A stretch of 25,755 bases of DNA from a virus. Lineage: Duplodnaviria > Caudoviricetes. The DNA lies in the IMG/VR virus record IMGVR_UViG_3300009678_000128, positions 1 to 25,755 of that record; one strand, written 5' to 3'. The notes beneath the pieces are model-generated. The model was not told where the DNA came from. It did not search any database and worked only from the letters and a program-made list of their open reading frames with translations. The translations under genes and the position numbers were made by a program. Below, in pieces: positions 14,575-24,021 of the stretch. The stretch's first letter is position 1. The number at the start of each line of letters is the position of its first letter.

Positions 14575-15168
14575 ATGACGGATGTCAATAAAGAAGAAAG
14601 TGTGGAAACACCAAAACAAGAAGCAACTGAAACCAAAGCAAGTTTCAACGAAGAGCAGTTACATGAACTTCAACAAAAACTAGCAGTAGCTGAAGCCAAT
14701 CTTGAAAAGGCACGCAAGGGTGAAACGTTCAATCGCAATAAGCGTCTCGAACTTGAGAATCAACTCAAGGAGATGCCGAATGTGGATGAATTCAAAACCA
14801 AGCTAGAAGCCGCCACTAAAGAGTTAGACGAATTGAAAGGTGCTCAACGCAACCACCTTATCGACACTGCACTAAAGGCAGAAATAGAAAAGGCAGGAGC
14901 CAAAGCAGTTTCAACCGTGCTGAAGCTGGTGGATCGTTCGAAGATTACCGTAGTAGATGGACAGGTGGATACCAAGTCAATCGAAACAGTAATTAGCGAG
15001 CTAAAGAAAACAGATGCAGTGCTCTTTGATGTACCAAAGACACCAGATGTGAAGCGCCCAGGCGAAGCAGTACCAACAGGAGGTTACAAGACCGAAATGG
15101 CAGCAGCTAGGACACAGAAAGAGCTTCAAGCAGTGTTAAGGAAGTACGGAATAGGAACCACAATTTAA
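14575..15168 (+). CDS. Capsid scaffolding protein
   Basis: Coiled-coil E/K-rich 197-aa protein between portal and capsid; ATAAATA at 14538-14544. Confidence 0.8.
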   Translation: MTDVNKEESVETPKQEATETKASFNEEQLHELQQKLAVAEANLEKARKGETFNRNKRLELENQLKEMPNVDEFKTKLEAATKELDELKGAQRNHLIDTALKAEIEKAGAKAVSTVLKLVDRSKITVVDGQVDTKSIETVISELKKTDAVLFDVPKTPDVKRPGEAVPTGGYKTEMAAARTQKELQAVLRKYGIGTTI

Positions 15169-15211
15169 CAAAAAATTCGTCCGCGAATAATAAAAAAAAG
15201 GGAGGGCTATC

Positions 15212-16210
15212 ATGCCTTTTACAGTAACTCTAACAGGAACAGCACAAGTTGACGACAGTATCGTCACAGCCTTTGACCAAGCCGTATGGATTGGTGTAGG
15301 TCAAGCAAACGTTACCGACGCTCTTATCACTAAGAAAGTCGATATCAACGCTAAATCAATAAACATGCCGAAGTACGCTCGTGTACCAGCGATGACTACA
15401 CCATTGGTAGAAACCGATGACGTAGCATCCACACCACTTGCTGATACCAAGGTCGTATTCACTCCGCTTGAATACGGTAACGCATTCACAATCACTTCAC
15501 TAGCGTCCTTCCAGACAGGTGGCTTGGTTGATTTGGCTGCGGCAGCTTTGATTGCTGAAAGCTATTCAGCATCAATGGATTATTTGGCTGTCTATGCGTT
15601 AGACGCTTCTACCAACAAATACGTTATCGGCGGCACTGCTGAAGGTTCCGTTGCAGCTGGTCAAGTAGCATCCGATGTGTTCTTGAATGTTTTCTATAAC
15701 AAGCTAGCTCGTGCAAGTGTTCCATTTATTAATGGCGCATACGTGATGATGGCACACGATGACGTTATCGCTGACTTACGTGCTTCAACAGCAGTTGGCT
15801 CGTGGACAGATGTAGTTAAATACAGCCTACCAGGCGAGGCACTTAATAACGAAGTTGGAATGTATAAAGGCTTCCGTGTTGTTCGAAACAACCGTGCTAC
15901 ATACGCCGACCAAACTGGTGCAGGAACTGTTAATCTATATAACAGCTATTTCTTTGGTGCAAACGCACTTGGTAAGGCTATCAGCCATCCAGGTGAAATT
16001 GTCCTTACTGGCCCATACGACAAGCTCAACCGCTTCTACAACATTGGCTGGTACGAGGTTTCAACGATTCAAATCCTCGATCAAGATGCTATATGGCTTG
16101 GACAATCAGCTTCGAGCGTTGGAGACAACACAACAGCCGCATTAGCAGCAGGAGCAAACGGAGCAAGAGGCACACCAGCCCCAACTTCAGCCCCACGCCC
16201 AGCAGTCTAA
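15212..16210 (+). CDS. Major capsid protein (N4-gp56-like, HK97 fold)
   Basis: 332 aa, GGGAGG RBS, motifs EYGN, NEVGMYKGFRVV, FGANALG, DKLNRF.NIGWY; followed by a terminator. Confidence 0.9.
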   Translation: MPFTVTLTGTAQVDDSIVTAFDQAVWIGVGQANVTDALITKKVDINAKSINMPKYARVPAMTTPLVETDDVASTPLADTKVVFTPLEYGNAFTITSLASFQTGGLVDLAAAALIAESYSASMDYLAVYALDASTNKYVIGGTAEGSVAAGQVASDVFLNVFYNKLARASVPFINGAYVMMAHDDVIADLRASTAVGSWTDVVKYSLPGEALNNEVGMYKGFRVVRNNRATYADQTGAGTVNLYNSYFFGANALGKAISHPGEIVLTGPYDKLNRFYNIGWYEVSTIQILDQDAIWLGQSASSVGDNTTAALAAGANGARGTPAPTSAPRPAV

Positions 16211-16229
16211 TCAATAAGTGGTTAGAAAC

Positions 16230-16252
16230 AAAGGGACTTTCGAGTCCCTTTT
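16230..16252 (+). terminator. Intrinsic terminator after the capsid gene
   Basis: AAAGGGACT-TTCG-AGTCCCTTTT. Confidence 0.85.
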
Positions 16253-16301
16253 CTATTGGCTGCTACCCGGATGATAAATAAAAACATCAAGGGAATAACC
16301 A

Positions 16302-16514
16302 ATGAGAACACTTCACGAATTTCAATGTCCAATCTGCGGGCATCACCACGAAGCACTTGTTAAGGGCGAGGAAGACTACCCGCACTGCCCAAATGAACAC
16401 GGGAGGATGACGAAACTAATCTCACCCTCTACGTTCCACTTTGTGGATGGTGCAGGAACAAATGCTGGTAGAGCTTGGGCGTTTCGTGGCCGTCCGCTGT
16501 GGGGGTCCAGTTAA
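16302..16514 (+). CDS. FmdB-family zinc-ribbon protein
   Basis: EFQCPICGH...CPNEH..MTKLIS pattern; ATAAATA at 16274-16280. Confidence 0.8.
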   Translation: MRTLHEFQCPICGHHHEALVKGEEDYPHCPNEHGRMTKLISPSTFHFVDGAGTNAGRAWAFRGRPLWGSS

Positions 16515-17065
16515 TGGCTACCTTAATAGTAGAGGACGGAACGAAACCCGTTGGTGCCAATTCCTATGTCTCTCTCGAAGCTGCAGATGCATATCACGCA
16601 GCTTATGGCAACCTAGATTGGCCAGGAGATGAAAGCAGCGAACAAAAGAATCAGTCATTGATTCTCGCAACTCAATCAGTCGATCTACTTTATGGGCCGA
16701 GATACTTGTCATTCGTTTATCCCGATACCCATCAATCATTATTGTTTCCGCGTGCTTGGTTTACGGACAACAACGGAATCATAGTTCCTGAAAACACAAT
16801 TCCAGTCTGCCTAATCAATGCAGTATGTGAAGTGGCTTTGATGAATCTCCAAGGCATAGATATTATCCCTGTGGAATCATCAGCCAACTACATTAAGGCT
16901 GAAAGTGTGAAAGTTGGTGGAGTAGCTATCGAACAAGAGTACTGGCTACCAAAGACACAAGAATCCTATGAGGGATTCCGCAAGGTCGATCTATTGCTGT
17001 ATCCAATATTGAAAACTAAGAGTGGTAGCAGTGGTGGTTATGGTATGTGGAGGCTAATACCATGA
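16514..17065 (+). CDS. Head-tail adaptor (family often annotated DnaT-like)
   Basis: LIVEDGT...ANSYVS...ADAY and Q.L.FPR motifs; TAATG overlap gives start 16514. Confidence 0.85.
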   Translation: MATLIVEDGTKPVGANSYVSLEAADAYHAAYGNLDWPGDESSEQKNQSLILATQSVDLLYGPRYLSFVYPDTHQSLLFPRAWFTDNNGIIVPENTIPVCLINAVCEVALMNLQGIDIIPVESSANYIKAESVKVGGVAIEQEYWLPKTQESYEGFRKVDLLLYPILKTKSGSSGGYGMWRLIP

Positions 17066-17394
17066 GCCAGAACTGGGAGATTACCAAATCACAAGTAACA
17101 GCAGCCATAAAATACCTAGGCTTTCAAGTCTCTGTGACCAAAGTAGTTAATGGGGAAGAGCAATCAACTATGAAAGCTTGGGGCTGCTGGGACATTAACG
17201 ATAAGTTAAACCTAGCCCAAGGCCCAAGCAACTTAACTGGCAACCAAAAGCAAATCTACATTGCTGGAACACTCAAGCAAGCTCCAGTACCGGGTGACTT
17301 AATCAAACAAGGATCGGATGTTTGGTCGGTAGTCGAGGCTGAAGCATACAAGCCAGCAGCATTAATTCTAGCGTACAGGGTGGTAGTCAATTGA
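17062..17394 (+). CDS. Putative head-closure protein
   Basis: Size and synteny; P.PGD.I motif; ATGA overlap, GGAGG RBS. Confidence 0.7.
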   Translation: MSQNWEITKSQVTAAIKYLGFQVSVTKVVNGEEQSTMKAWGCWDINDKLNLAQGPSNLTGNQKQIYIAGTLKQAPVPGDLIKQGSDVWSVVEAEAYKPAALILAYRVVVN

Positions 17395-17699
17395 ACGGCG
17401 AACTAAAAGATGTGAGTGTCAATTTAGGAACTCGCCTACGCAAGTTCAAGCAAGCCTACGCTCAAGAACTCCTACGTAGAACTGAGCGCCGCACACCTGT
17501 AGATACGGGTGCATTGCAAAGAGGTTGGGGTGTGACTATGAGAAAGGAATCTTTCGACATCTACAACACAATGGATTATGCAGGCTACGTTGAATATGGA
17601 ACTCCACTTCAACCACCAAAGGCAATGCTAAGAACTTCATTAGCTGAAAGTGAACAGATTGCCCAAGTAGCAGCAGCAAAGGTTGGGATTACCAAATGA
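17391..17699 (+). CDS. HK97 gp10-like neck/tail-completion protein
   Basis: TPVDTGAL..GW and YAGYVEYGT motifs. Confidence 0.88.
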   Translation: MNGELKDVSVNLGTRLRKFKQAYAQELLRRTERRTPVDTGALQRGWGVTMRKESFDIYNTMDYAGYVEYGTPLQPPKAMLRTSLAESEQIAQVAAAKVGITK

Positions 17700-18097
17700 G
17701 CTATTCAATTATCCAATCCCTACTTGATGAGCAGCTTGCAACAGTCACTGGACTTCCTACGCTCAGTAAAGAAAACACCCGGAACGAGCCAAAGACAAAC
17801 GTTCCGTACAGCCGTTCGACATTGATGCCGACAGAGACAACGGCACGTACCACTCACACAGATGAGTTTCAAGGGTTGTACCAAGTTGATTTGTTTTATC
17901 CACAAAGCAAAGGCTACACGGATGCAGCTGAAAAGGCTGATTTAGTTATTGAAGCATTTCAACGAGGGTTAGAGTTAGGCGACGACACCCTACGAGTTCA
18001 CGTGCGTATGGCATGGAGAGAGGTAGCACAGCCATTTCAGCAGTTTTATAACGTACCGGTGATGGTGCGTTGGAGTTGCTTACTACCAAGATCATAA
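17696..18097 (+). CDS. Tail terminator-like protein
   Basis: GLYQVDLFYP..KG motif; position before the tail tube. Confidence 0.8.
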   Translation: MSYSIIQSLLDEQLATVTGLPTLSKENTRNEPKTNVPYSRSTLMPTETTARTTHTDEFQGLYQVDLFYPQSKGYTDAAEKADLVIEAFQRGLELGDDTLRVHVRMAWREVAQPFQQFYNVPVMVRWSCLLPRS

Positions 18098-18151
18098 ATA
18101 TAGAAGATGGCATTCGAGTGCCAACATAACAAAAAATAAGGAGCATCCGTT

Positions 18152-19054
18152 ATGCCACAAGCACAAGGTTCAAGAGTCCAACTAGCCTACATCGCAGAGG
18201 CTACGTTTGGCACCACACCACCGACCCCACAAACGCAATCTATTGAGTTTTCTAGTTTCACAGGCACGTTGAATGCGGATGCTCTAGTTGACCCGTCAAT
18301 CAACCCAAGTCGTCAAGTTAGTTATGCACGTAGAGGCAACACCGCAGCGGAAGGAGAGCTTACCGTAGTTCTATGCGCTGATAATTATGATGCGTTTATG
18401 GAAGCAGCCTGCATGAGCACCTACACAGCAAACGTCTTAAAGATTGGAACTACAAGAACTTCATTTGCTATTGAACAAGGTTTCACTGATTTAGCTCAGT
18501 TCAGAGTTTTCAACGGTATGGTTGTTAACACAATGACAATCACTGTTCCGGTAGATGAGTTGGTTACTGCTACGTTTGGTTTTATGGGTACCGGCACTAG
18601 CGCATTCAGCGGCACTAGCGTTGACATTACACCAACAGTAATTACAGTTAAGGACAAGTTCTTCCACGAGGGCGGAGTATTCAAGGAAGGTGGCACAACA
18701 GTAGGTTATCTATCCAATATTGAATTCACACTTGATAACGGCTACCAGCAAAGCTACGCATTGGGAGCCACTACGGTCCGTGAAGTAGCAGCAGGCACAT
18801 TGGAGCTAACTGGGACAGCAACGGCATTGTTTGAGTCAGTCGCTTTCTATAACAAGTTCGTTCAAAACACTGACAGTTCGATTGAGTTTACCTTAACCGC
18901 TGGCGCAGAATCCTTAGCATTCTTGATTCCGAAAGTGAAATACACATCAGCTGCAATTCCAGTTGATGGTGATGGCCCACTTGTTGTTGAAATGGGTTTT
19001 AACGCTATCTACGACGCTACAACCACAACTTCATTCAGAATAACAAGGACTTAA
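18152..19054 (+). CDS. Major tail (tube) protein
   Basis: LAYIAEATFGTTP start typical of siphovirus tube proteins; AAGGAG RBS; ATAAATA at 18094-18100 followed by hairpin TGGCA-N6-TGCCA. Confidence 0.9.
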   Translation: MPQAQGSRVQLAYIAEATFGTTPPTPQTQSIEFSSFTGTLNADALVDPSINPSRQVSYARRGNTAAEGELTVVLCADNYDAFMEAACMSTYTANVLKIGTTRTSFAIEQGFTDLAQFRVFNGMVVNTMTITVPVDELVTATFGFMGTGTSAFSGTSVDITPTVITVKDKFFHEGGVFKEGGTTVGYLSNIEFTLDNGYQQSYALGATTVREVAAGTLELTGTATALFESVAFYNKFVQNTDSSIEFTLTAGAESLAFLIPKVKYTSAAIPVDGDGPLVVEMGFNAIYDATTTTSFRITRT

Positions 19055-19057
19055 TGC

Positions 19058-19444
19058 ATGAAGTTATCAACGCTGTTGCCCAATGTGGCAAAGATGGAAC
19101 TGATTCATCCAGAGATTGGCCCAACAGGAATATTCATTAACCTAATCGGCCAAGACTCAAAAGTATTTCGAGACAAGGCAAAGGTAATCGCATCTAGTTT
19201 GGTCGGTAAGTCCAGCAAAGATGCCGACTATGACAAGCTCATCACACAGAGCATCGAGCTAGCCGCTGCGTGCATAGTAGGTTGGAGTGGGCTTGAAGAT
19301 GAGGAAGGCAATGAAATCCCTTACTCGCCAGCCAAAGCACTTGAACTAGTTGCTGACCCAGGCCTCGCATATTTAAAAGAACAGGTCGAGGAGTTCATTG
19401 CGGATCGCAAGAACTTTTTTCGAACAGCTGGCAGTATCGCTTGA
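19058..19444 (+). CDS. Tail assembly chaperone (gpG-like)
   Basis: ACIVGWSG...IPYS...NFF pattern; position after the tube gene. Confidence 0.85.
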   Translation: MKLSTLLPNVAKMELIHPEIGPTGIFINLIGQDSKVFRDKAKVIASSLVGKSSKDADYDKLITQSIELAAACIVGWSGLEDEEGNEIPYSPAKALELVADPGLAYLKEQVEEFIADRKNFFRTAGSIA

Positions 19445-19820
19445 TCGCTATGTAAGGTACTTAGTTCGATACAACACACCAGATAAAAAAGGTAGTTCAA
19501 AGAAAGACCATTTGCTGAAGTTCAGGCAGCAGTTGGAAAAGACGGGGGCAAGCGAAGAAGTATTGGACAAACAGTTTGCTGAATTAATTGAGCCAGAGGT
19601 GCCAATAGCAGGACGCAACGTACTAACGATGTTTATGGAGCTTTCGTCAGCAAGACAAAGTGGATTCAATGGTCTGATGCCGATAAGTTATCTAGAACTG
19701 AAAGCATACGCTGACGTTACAGATACTCAGTTCGAACCTTGGGAGGTTGATTTGATTAAGGTAATGGACAGAGCACTTCTAGAAGCTGTTGCGGAAATAG
19801 CCGATAAGGAAAAGAGCTAA
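19416..19820 (+). CDS. Tail assembly chaperone extension (gpT-like), probably made by frameshift
   Basis: Overlapping +1-frame ORF with LSSARQSGFNG..PISY.E..AY and PWE...I..MD motifs; no convincing independent start. Confidence 0.75.
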   Translation, partial: FFEQLAVSLDRYVRYLVRYNTPDKKGSSKKDHLLKFRQQLEKTGASEEVLDKQFAELIEPEVPIAGRNVLTMFMELSSARQSGFNGLMPISYLELKAYADVTDTQFEPWEVDLIKVMDRALLEAVAEIADKEKS

Positions 19821-21727
19821 TGGATATTGGTAAACTAAAACTCACTGTTGATTCGTCGGACGTAGACAAAGCCGCTAAGAAGATTGAAGGCCTTGGTGAT
19901 GTTGCTTCGAGTGCTGTTTCGAAATTCGCAACAGTAGCAAAAGGTGTCACGCTTGTTGGTACAGCCGCATTAGCAGCCGTGACCGGGTTGATAGCCCTAG
20001 CCCGCAGCGTAGCTGATGCAGCGGACGCACTGAACGACTTATCCGTTCGCACAAACATTTCAACAGAACGACTTTCCTTACTTGATGCTGTCGTAAAGAC
20101 GGCCGGTAGTTCGGTTGAAGAGCTAGTTGCGTCATCAGAGCGGTTGGCTATGAAGCTCTCTCGACAAGACCAGGAATCGGGAAAGGTTGTAACTGCACTA
20201 AGGGAGCTTGGTGTCAGCACCAAAAATGCAGCGGGTGAAACCAAGTCGATGCTGCAACTTCAAGAAGATATCGTTGTAGCAGCTGAGAAAGCTACCAATC
20301 AATCAAAAGCCCAAGGTCTTGCTGTCCAAGCACTCGGGCAGGAATATTACAAGCTTCGCGGTCCTATTAAAGAAGTGATCGAGAAGAAAAAGGAAATGTA
20401 CGAATACATGAAGAATGTAGGTGCATTGGTTACCGAAGACTTAGCAAAACAAAGTGATGAACTGAATGATAAGCTATTTAAGCTTGGTTTAGCTTTCAAA
20501 GGAATGGCTATCACCGTTTCAAAACTTGTTCTTCCTATCCTTAACAATGTCGGAGATCAGCTTCTTTTCATAATGGAAGGAGCAGCAGCTATTGTCCGTA
20601 AGTACGGAGGTGGTCGAACTAACAACGAAAGAGCGGAAGATGCGCTACAAGGATTGCAACAGCGATTGTCGCAGCAAGAAGCTACGCTAGAGCGTGCTCA
20701 AGAGGCTGCAAGACGAAGTGGTAGTGCTGATGATGAAAAACTAGTTAAACGAGTTCAAGCTCAGGTTGATAAACTTAAAGAAGCTGTTCGAGAAATGCAG
20801 CGCCTTAAAACCGCAACTGCTTCAGCATCGACAGCGGCTGACCAACTCGTTCTCGGTGGAAAACTTGATGAAGGCATCAACCCAGAAGGTGATACTTATG
20901 AAACAGATAGAAAAGCCGAAGCTGAAGCTAAAAAGGCAGCAGCAGACCGTCAACGACTATTGGACCTTGATAAGGCTGGTTGGGTTAAGTTCATTGATGA
21001 CAAGATAGCTGAAGAAGAACGCTTAGATGAAATGCTAAGAAAGATTGATGAAGACAGGTCAAAGTTCGAAGCAGATATGCTCAAGAAAGATTTGGAAGGT
21101 TGGGTTGCTTATGCTGACGCAGTTGTTGAAGCTGACTTTCAAGCAGCACAACAGCTAGCACAAATTCAATCAAAACAAGCTGAAGAGCATTTCAACACAA
21201 TGCAAAAGGTAGCGGAGCAAGCATTCCAAAGCATCGGTAACGCACTAATGGATTTCGTAGTGCAAGGTGAATTCAACTTCAAGAAGTTCTTAGCTGCATT
21301 CCTACGCGGCATTGCACAAATGATTTTGCAGATAACCATCCTAACTCCAATGATGGAAGCACTTAAAAAGTCATTCTCTAGTAGTGGTGGTGGATGGGGC
21401 ACGTTGCTGACCAACGTTGTTGGTGCATTCGCTGGTGGTAAGGCAGCTGGCGGCCCAGTTGGTGCAGGCAAGACATATTTGGTCGGTGAAAAAGGACCAG
21501 AGCTTTTCTCTCCAAGTAAATCAGGAATGATTGTTCCTAACCATCAGCTTAGTAGTGGCGGTGGTGGCGTGAACGTTGGCACGATAAATATTAGTGTTCA
21601 AGGTGGCGAGTCAAATGAAGAAACTGGACAAGCAGTTAACAAAGCTGTAATGGATGCTATGAAAGCAATTGCCAGGACTGAAATCGCATCGTCACGCCGC
21701 GTAGGCGGAATATTGAACCCAGTTTAA
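19820..21727 (+). CDS. Tape measure protein
   Basis: 635 aa helical A/K/E-rich protein; C-terminal GGPV..G..YLVGEKGPELF.P..SG.I.PN motif. Confidence 0.92.
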   Translation: MDIGKLKLTVDSSDVDKAAKKIEGLGDVASSAVSKFATVAKGVTLVGTAALAAVTGLIALARSVADAADALNDLSVRTNISTERLSLLDAVVKTAGSSVEELVASSERLAMKLSRQDQESGKVVTALRELGVSTKNAAGETKSMLQLQEDIVVAAEKATNQSKAQGLAVQALGQEYYKLRGPIKEVIEKKKEMYEYMKNVGALVTEDLAKQSDELNDKLFKLGLAFKGMAITVSKLVLPILNNVGDQLLFIMEGAAAIVRKYGGGRTNNERAEDALQGLQQRLSQQEATLERAQEAARRSGSADDEKLVKRVQAQVDKLKEAVREMQRLKTATASASTAADQLVLGGKLDEGINPEGDTYETDRKAEAEAKKAAADRQRLLDLDKAGWVKFIDDKIAEEERLDEMLRKIDEDRSKFEADMLKKDLEGWVAYADAVVEADFQAAQQLAQIQSKQAEEHFNTMQKVAEQAFQSIGNALMDFVVQGEFNFKKFLAAFLRGIAQMILQITILTPMMEALKKSFSSSGGGWGTLLTNVVGAFAGGKAAGGPVGAGKTYLVGEKGPELFSPSKSGMIVPNHQLSSGGGGVNVGTINISVQGGESNEETGQAVNKAVMDAMKAIARTEIASSRRVGGILNPV

Positions 21728-21736
21728 GGATTACCT

Positions 21737-22081
21737 ATGCCATCAGCAATGCCACTAACAACCCGAGTCAGCCAGGGCTCAGCACGCAAGCGTATCAACC
21801 GCGTCTTGTCCGCACAGTTCGGTGATGGCTACAGCCAAGAAGCACCAGACGGCACCAACAACAAATATGATGAATGGACAATTGCTTTCGAGTACTTGGA
21901 CTCCAGTGAACGAACAACTGTGCTGACAGTGTTAGACGCTGTGGGTGGAAGCGACTACATCACTTGGACTGCACAAGGAGATGGTGCTAGCAAGAAGTGG
22001 AAGGTCAAGGATGGCTACACAGAGACTTGGGTTAGTGGCACGCACTCATCCATTTCATTTGAAATCAGGCAAATCTTTTAA
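21737..22081 (+). CDS. Lambda gpM-like distal tail protein
   Basis: AQFGDGYSQ..PDG.N motif. Confidence 0.9.
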   Translation: MPSAMPLTTRVSQGSARKRINRVLSAQFGDGYSQEAPDGTNNKYDEWTIAFEYLDSSERTTVLTVLDAVGGSDYITWTAQGDGASKKWKVKDGYTETWVSGTHSSISFEIRQIF

Positions 22082-22608
22082 TGCCAACTCCATACACCGA
22101 CTTACAAAACCTAAATCAAACATCCGGCTTCCTTGAACTGTATTCGCTGGACACTACTGCGCTGGGTGGAGCGGTCTACAACTTCACCAACAATATTTCA
22201 TCAACAGGAACAAGCATCCAGTTCGGTGCAACTACCTACACAGCACTTCCAATAATGACAGAGGGCTGGGATTTCACAGCAGCCGGCCAAACACCAAAGC
22301 CAACATTGACAGTCTCCAACGTTCAAAAGACGCTGCTTGCTGCTGTAGTGAGTTTGGGAGACATAGTTGGAGCAAAGGTTACTCGCATACGCACATATGA
22401 GAAGTATTTGGTCGGTGGTTCTAGCCCAGACCCAACCAAGTATATTGGCCCCGATGTTTATGTGGTTGAACAGAAAACAGCGCACAACAAGAACATCATT
22501 CAATGGCAGATGACTTCCATCATCGACAGAATGGGCATGAAAATCCCGCGTCGTCAGGTGCTCAAGGACAAAGGCTTCCCAGGAGTGTCACGCACACGTA
22601 TCCGATAA
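22081..22608 (+). CDS. Lambda gpL-like minor tail protein (short, no Cys)
   Basis: ELYSLD, P.LTVSN, GAKVTRIRT..KYL, IPRRQ and terminal GFPG motifs. Confidence 0.88.
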   Translation: MPTPYTDLQNLNQTSGFLELYSLDTTALGGAVYNFTNNISSTGTSIQFGATTYTALPIMTEGWDFTAAGQTPKPTLTVSNVQKTLLAAVVSLGDIVGAKVTRIRTYEKYLVGGSSPDPTKYIGPDVYVVEQKTAHNKNIIQWQMTSIIDRMGMKIPRRQVLKDKGFPGVSRTRIR

Positions 22609-22615
22609 ATAGCTA

Positions 22616-23347
22616 GTGAATTTAACACCAGCAACACTCAAAGCTTTCGAACAGCACGTTTTAACCGACTTCCCAAATGAAGCTTGCGGATTCGTTATCA
22701 ACGACGAATACGTTTCTGTAGCCAATACGGCTGAAAACCCAACACAGACTTTCCGCATCAGTCCAAGTGACCATGTGAAAGCTGAAGCATCGGGCAGGAT
22801 TCAAGCTGTCCTCCATTCTCACCCCTACGACAAATTCAAGGCTTCCAAGTGGCCACACGAATGGCCCACGACTATGGATATGAAGTCTTGGATGCAGGGC
22901 ACAGTGCCGTGGGGCATTACCGCGACCTGTGGCGAAGGCATTTCACAGCTTGTATGGATGGATGACAGCGTTATTCCTCCGCTGGAAGGTAGGGAGTTCA
23001 TTCACGGCATCCACGACTGCTACTCACTTATTCGTGATTGGTTCCGCATAAATAAAGGGATAACGATTCCGAACTATGCGAGAGGCATTGACTGGTGGCA
23101 TCAAGGCGAAAACCTCTATGAGGACAACTTTGCCAATGCTGGATTTGAACGCATCGACTTAGACCAAATTCAAGTCGGTGACGCCATCCTAATGAAAGCC
23201 GCAAGTGATGTTGCCAACCATGCTGCTGTTGTTGTAGGTACGAATCAAATACTTCATCACCTATTTCATCGTCTGTCAGGCACAGATACGTTATCGAAGT
23301 GGAAACGATGCATTGTCTGTGCAGTGCGATACAAAGGACAGGAATGA
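22616..23347 (+). CDS. Lambda gpK-like tail assembly protein (JAB/MPN plus NlpC/P60)
   Basis: PNEACG and HSHP (JAB); GIHDCYSL, NHAAV and LHH (NlpC/P60). Confidence 0.92.
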   Translation: MNLTPATLKAFEQHVLTDFPNEACGFVINDEYVSVANTAENPTQTFRISPSDHVKAEASGRIQAVLHSHPYDKFKASKWPHEWPTTMDMKSWMQGTVPWGITATCGEGISQLVWMDDSVIPPLEGREFIHGIHDCYSLIRDWFRINKGITIPNYARGIDWWHQGENLYEDNFANAGFERIDLDQIQVGDAILMKAASDVANHAAVVVGTNQILHHLFHRLSGTDTLSKWKRCIVCAVRYKGQE

Positions 23348-24021
23348 TAAGAACAATAAAACTCTATGGAGCATTAGCAAAGGATACGGGCGTCAGTTCA
23401 ATCGACCTCGATGTGAACTCGCCCATAGAACTAGCGAATGGGCTTCGTTCGCAAGTCAAAGGCTTTCGCAAGGCAACGATGGACTATCCAAACTTGTACT
23501 TGATTTTATCCGACAGGAACAACGAGAACGTGAGCTGCGTTACTCCTGATAGCTTTCAGTTTCCACTCAATGAAAAGGCTGAAGTGCTGCACCTAACAAA
23601 TGAGATTGAAGGTGCTGGTATTGAAGCTGGCGTTATTGCTATTTTCACTGCTATGGGTGCTTCTGCCGCTGTTGCTGCAACGCTGGCAACCATTGCAATC
23701 AACATGGCAATTTCGTTCGCGCTTGGTGCTATTGCGAACATGCTTGCACCATCACCGAAAACAGGATCAGGCCAGGATGGAGCAGAGGAGAAACGCAGCT
23801 TCATCTACAACGGTGCAGTTAACGTAATGGAGCAAGGCTATCCAGTTCCACTTGTTTATGGCATTCACATGACTGGCTCGGTAGTTGTAAGTGCTGGAGT
23901 TGACGTAGCTGAAATGGCCTACGTGGTAGCGGAGGAAGGTCCACCAGCTAACGGCGGAGGCTCAACACAGCCAGCAGTGCCACCAGCGGTGGCGTGGCAA
24001 CCAGGCGATGGAGGCTCATAA
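23344..24021 (+). CDS. Lambda gpI-like tail assembly protein
   Basis: IKLYGAL start, hydrophobic middle, QGYPVPLVYG...GS.VVSA motif; ATGA overlap gives start 23344. Confidence 0.9.
   Translation: MIRTIKLYGALAKDTGVSSIDLDVNSPIELANGLRSQVKGFRKATMDYPNLYLILSDRNNENVSCVTPDSFQFPLNEKAEVLHLTNEIEGAGIEAGVIAIFTAMGASAAVAATLATIAINMAISFALGAIANMLAPSPKTGSGQDGAEEKRSFIYNGAVNVMEQGYPVPLVYGIHMTGSVVVSAGVDVAEMAYVVAEEGPPANGGGSTQPAVPPAVAWQPGDGGS

Noticed and set aside
16514-17065. DnaT-like ssDNA-binding replication protein
   Set aside because: Its position between the capsid and head-closure genes indicates a head-tail adaptor
20960-21140. Repeated GWV motif about 40 aa apart in the tape measure
   Set aside because: Periodic aromatic residues are an ordinary tape-measure feature
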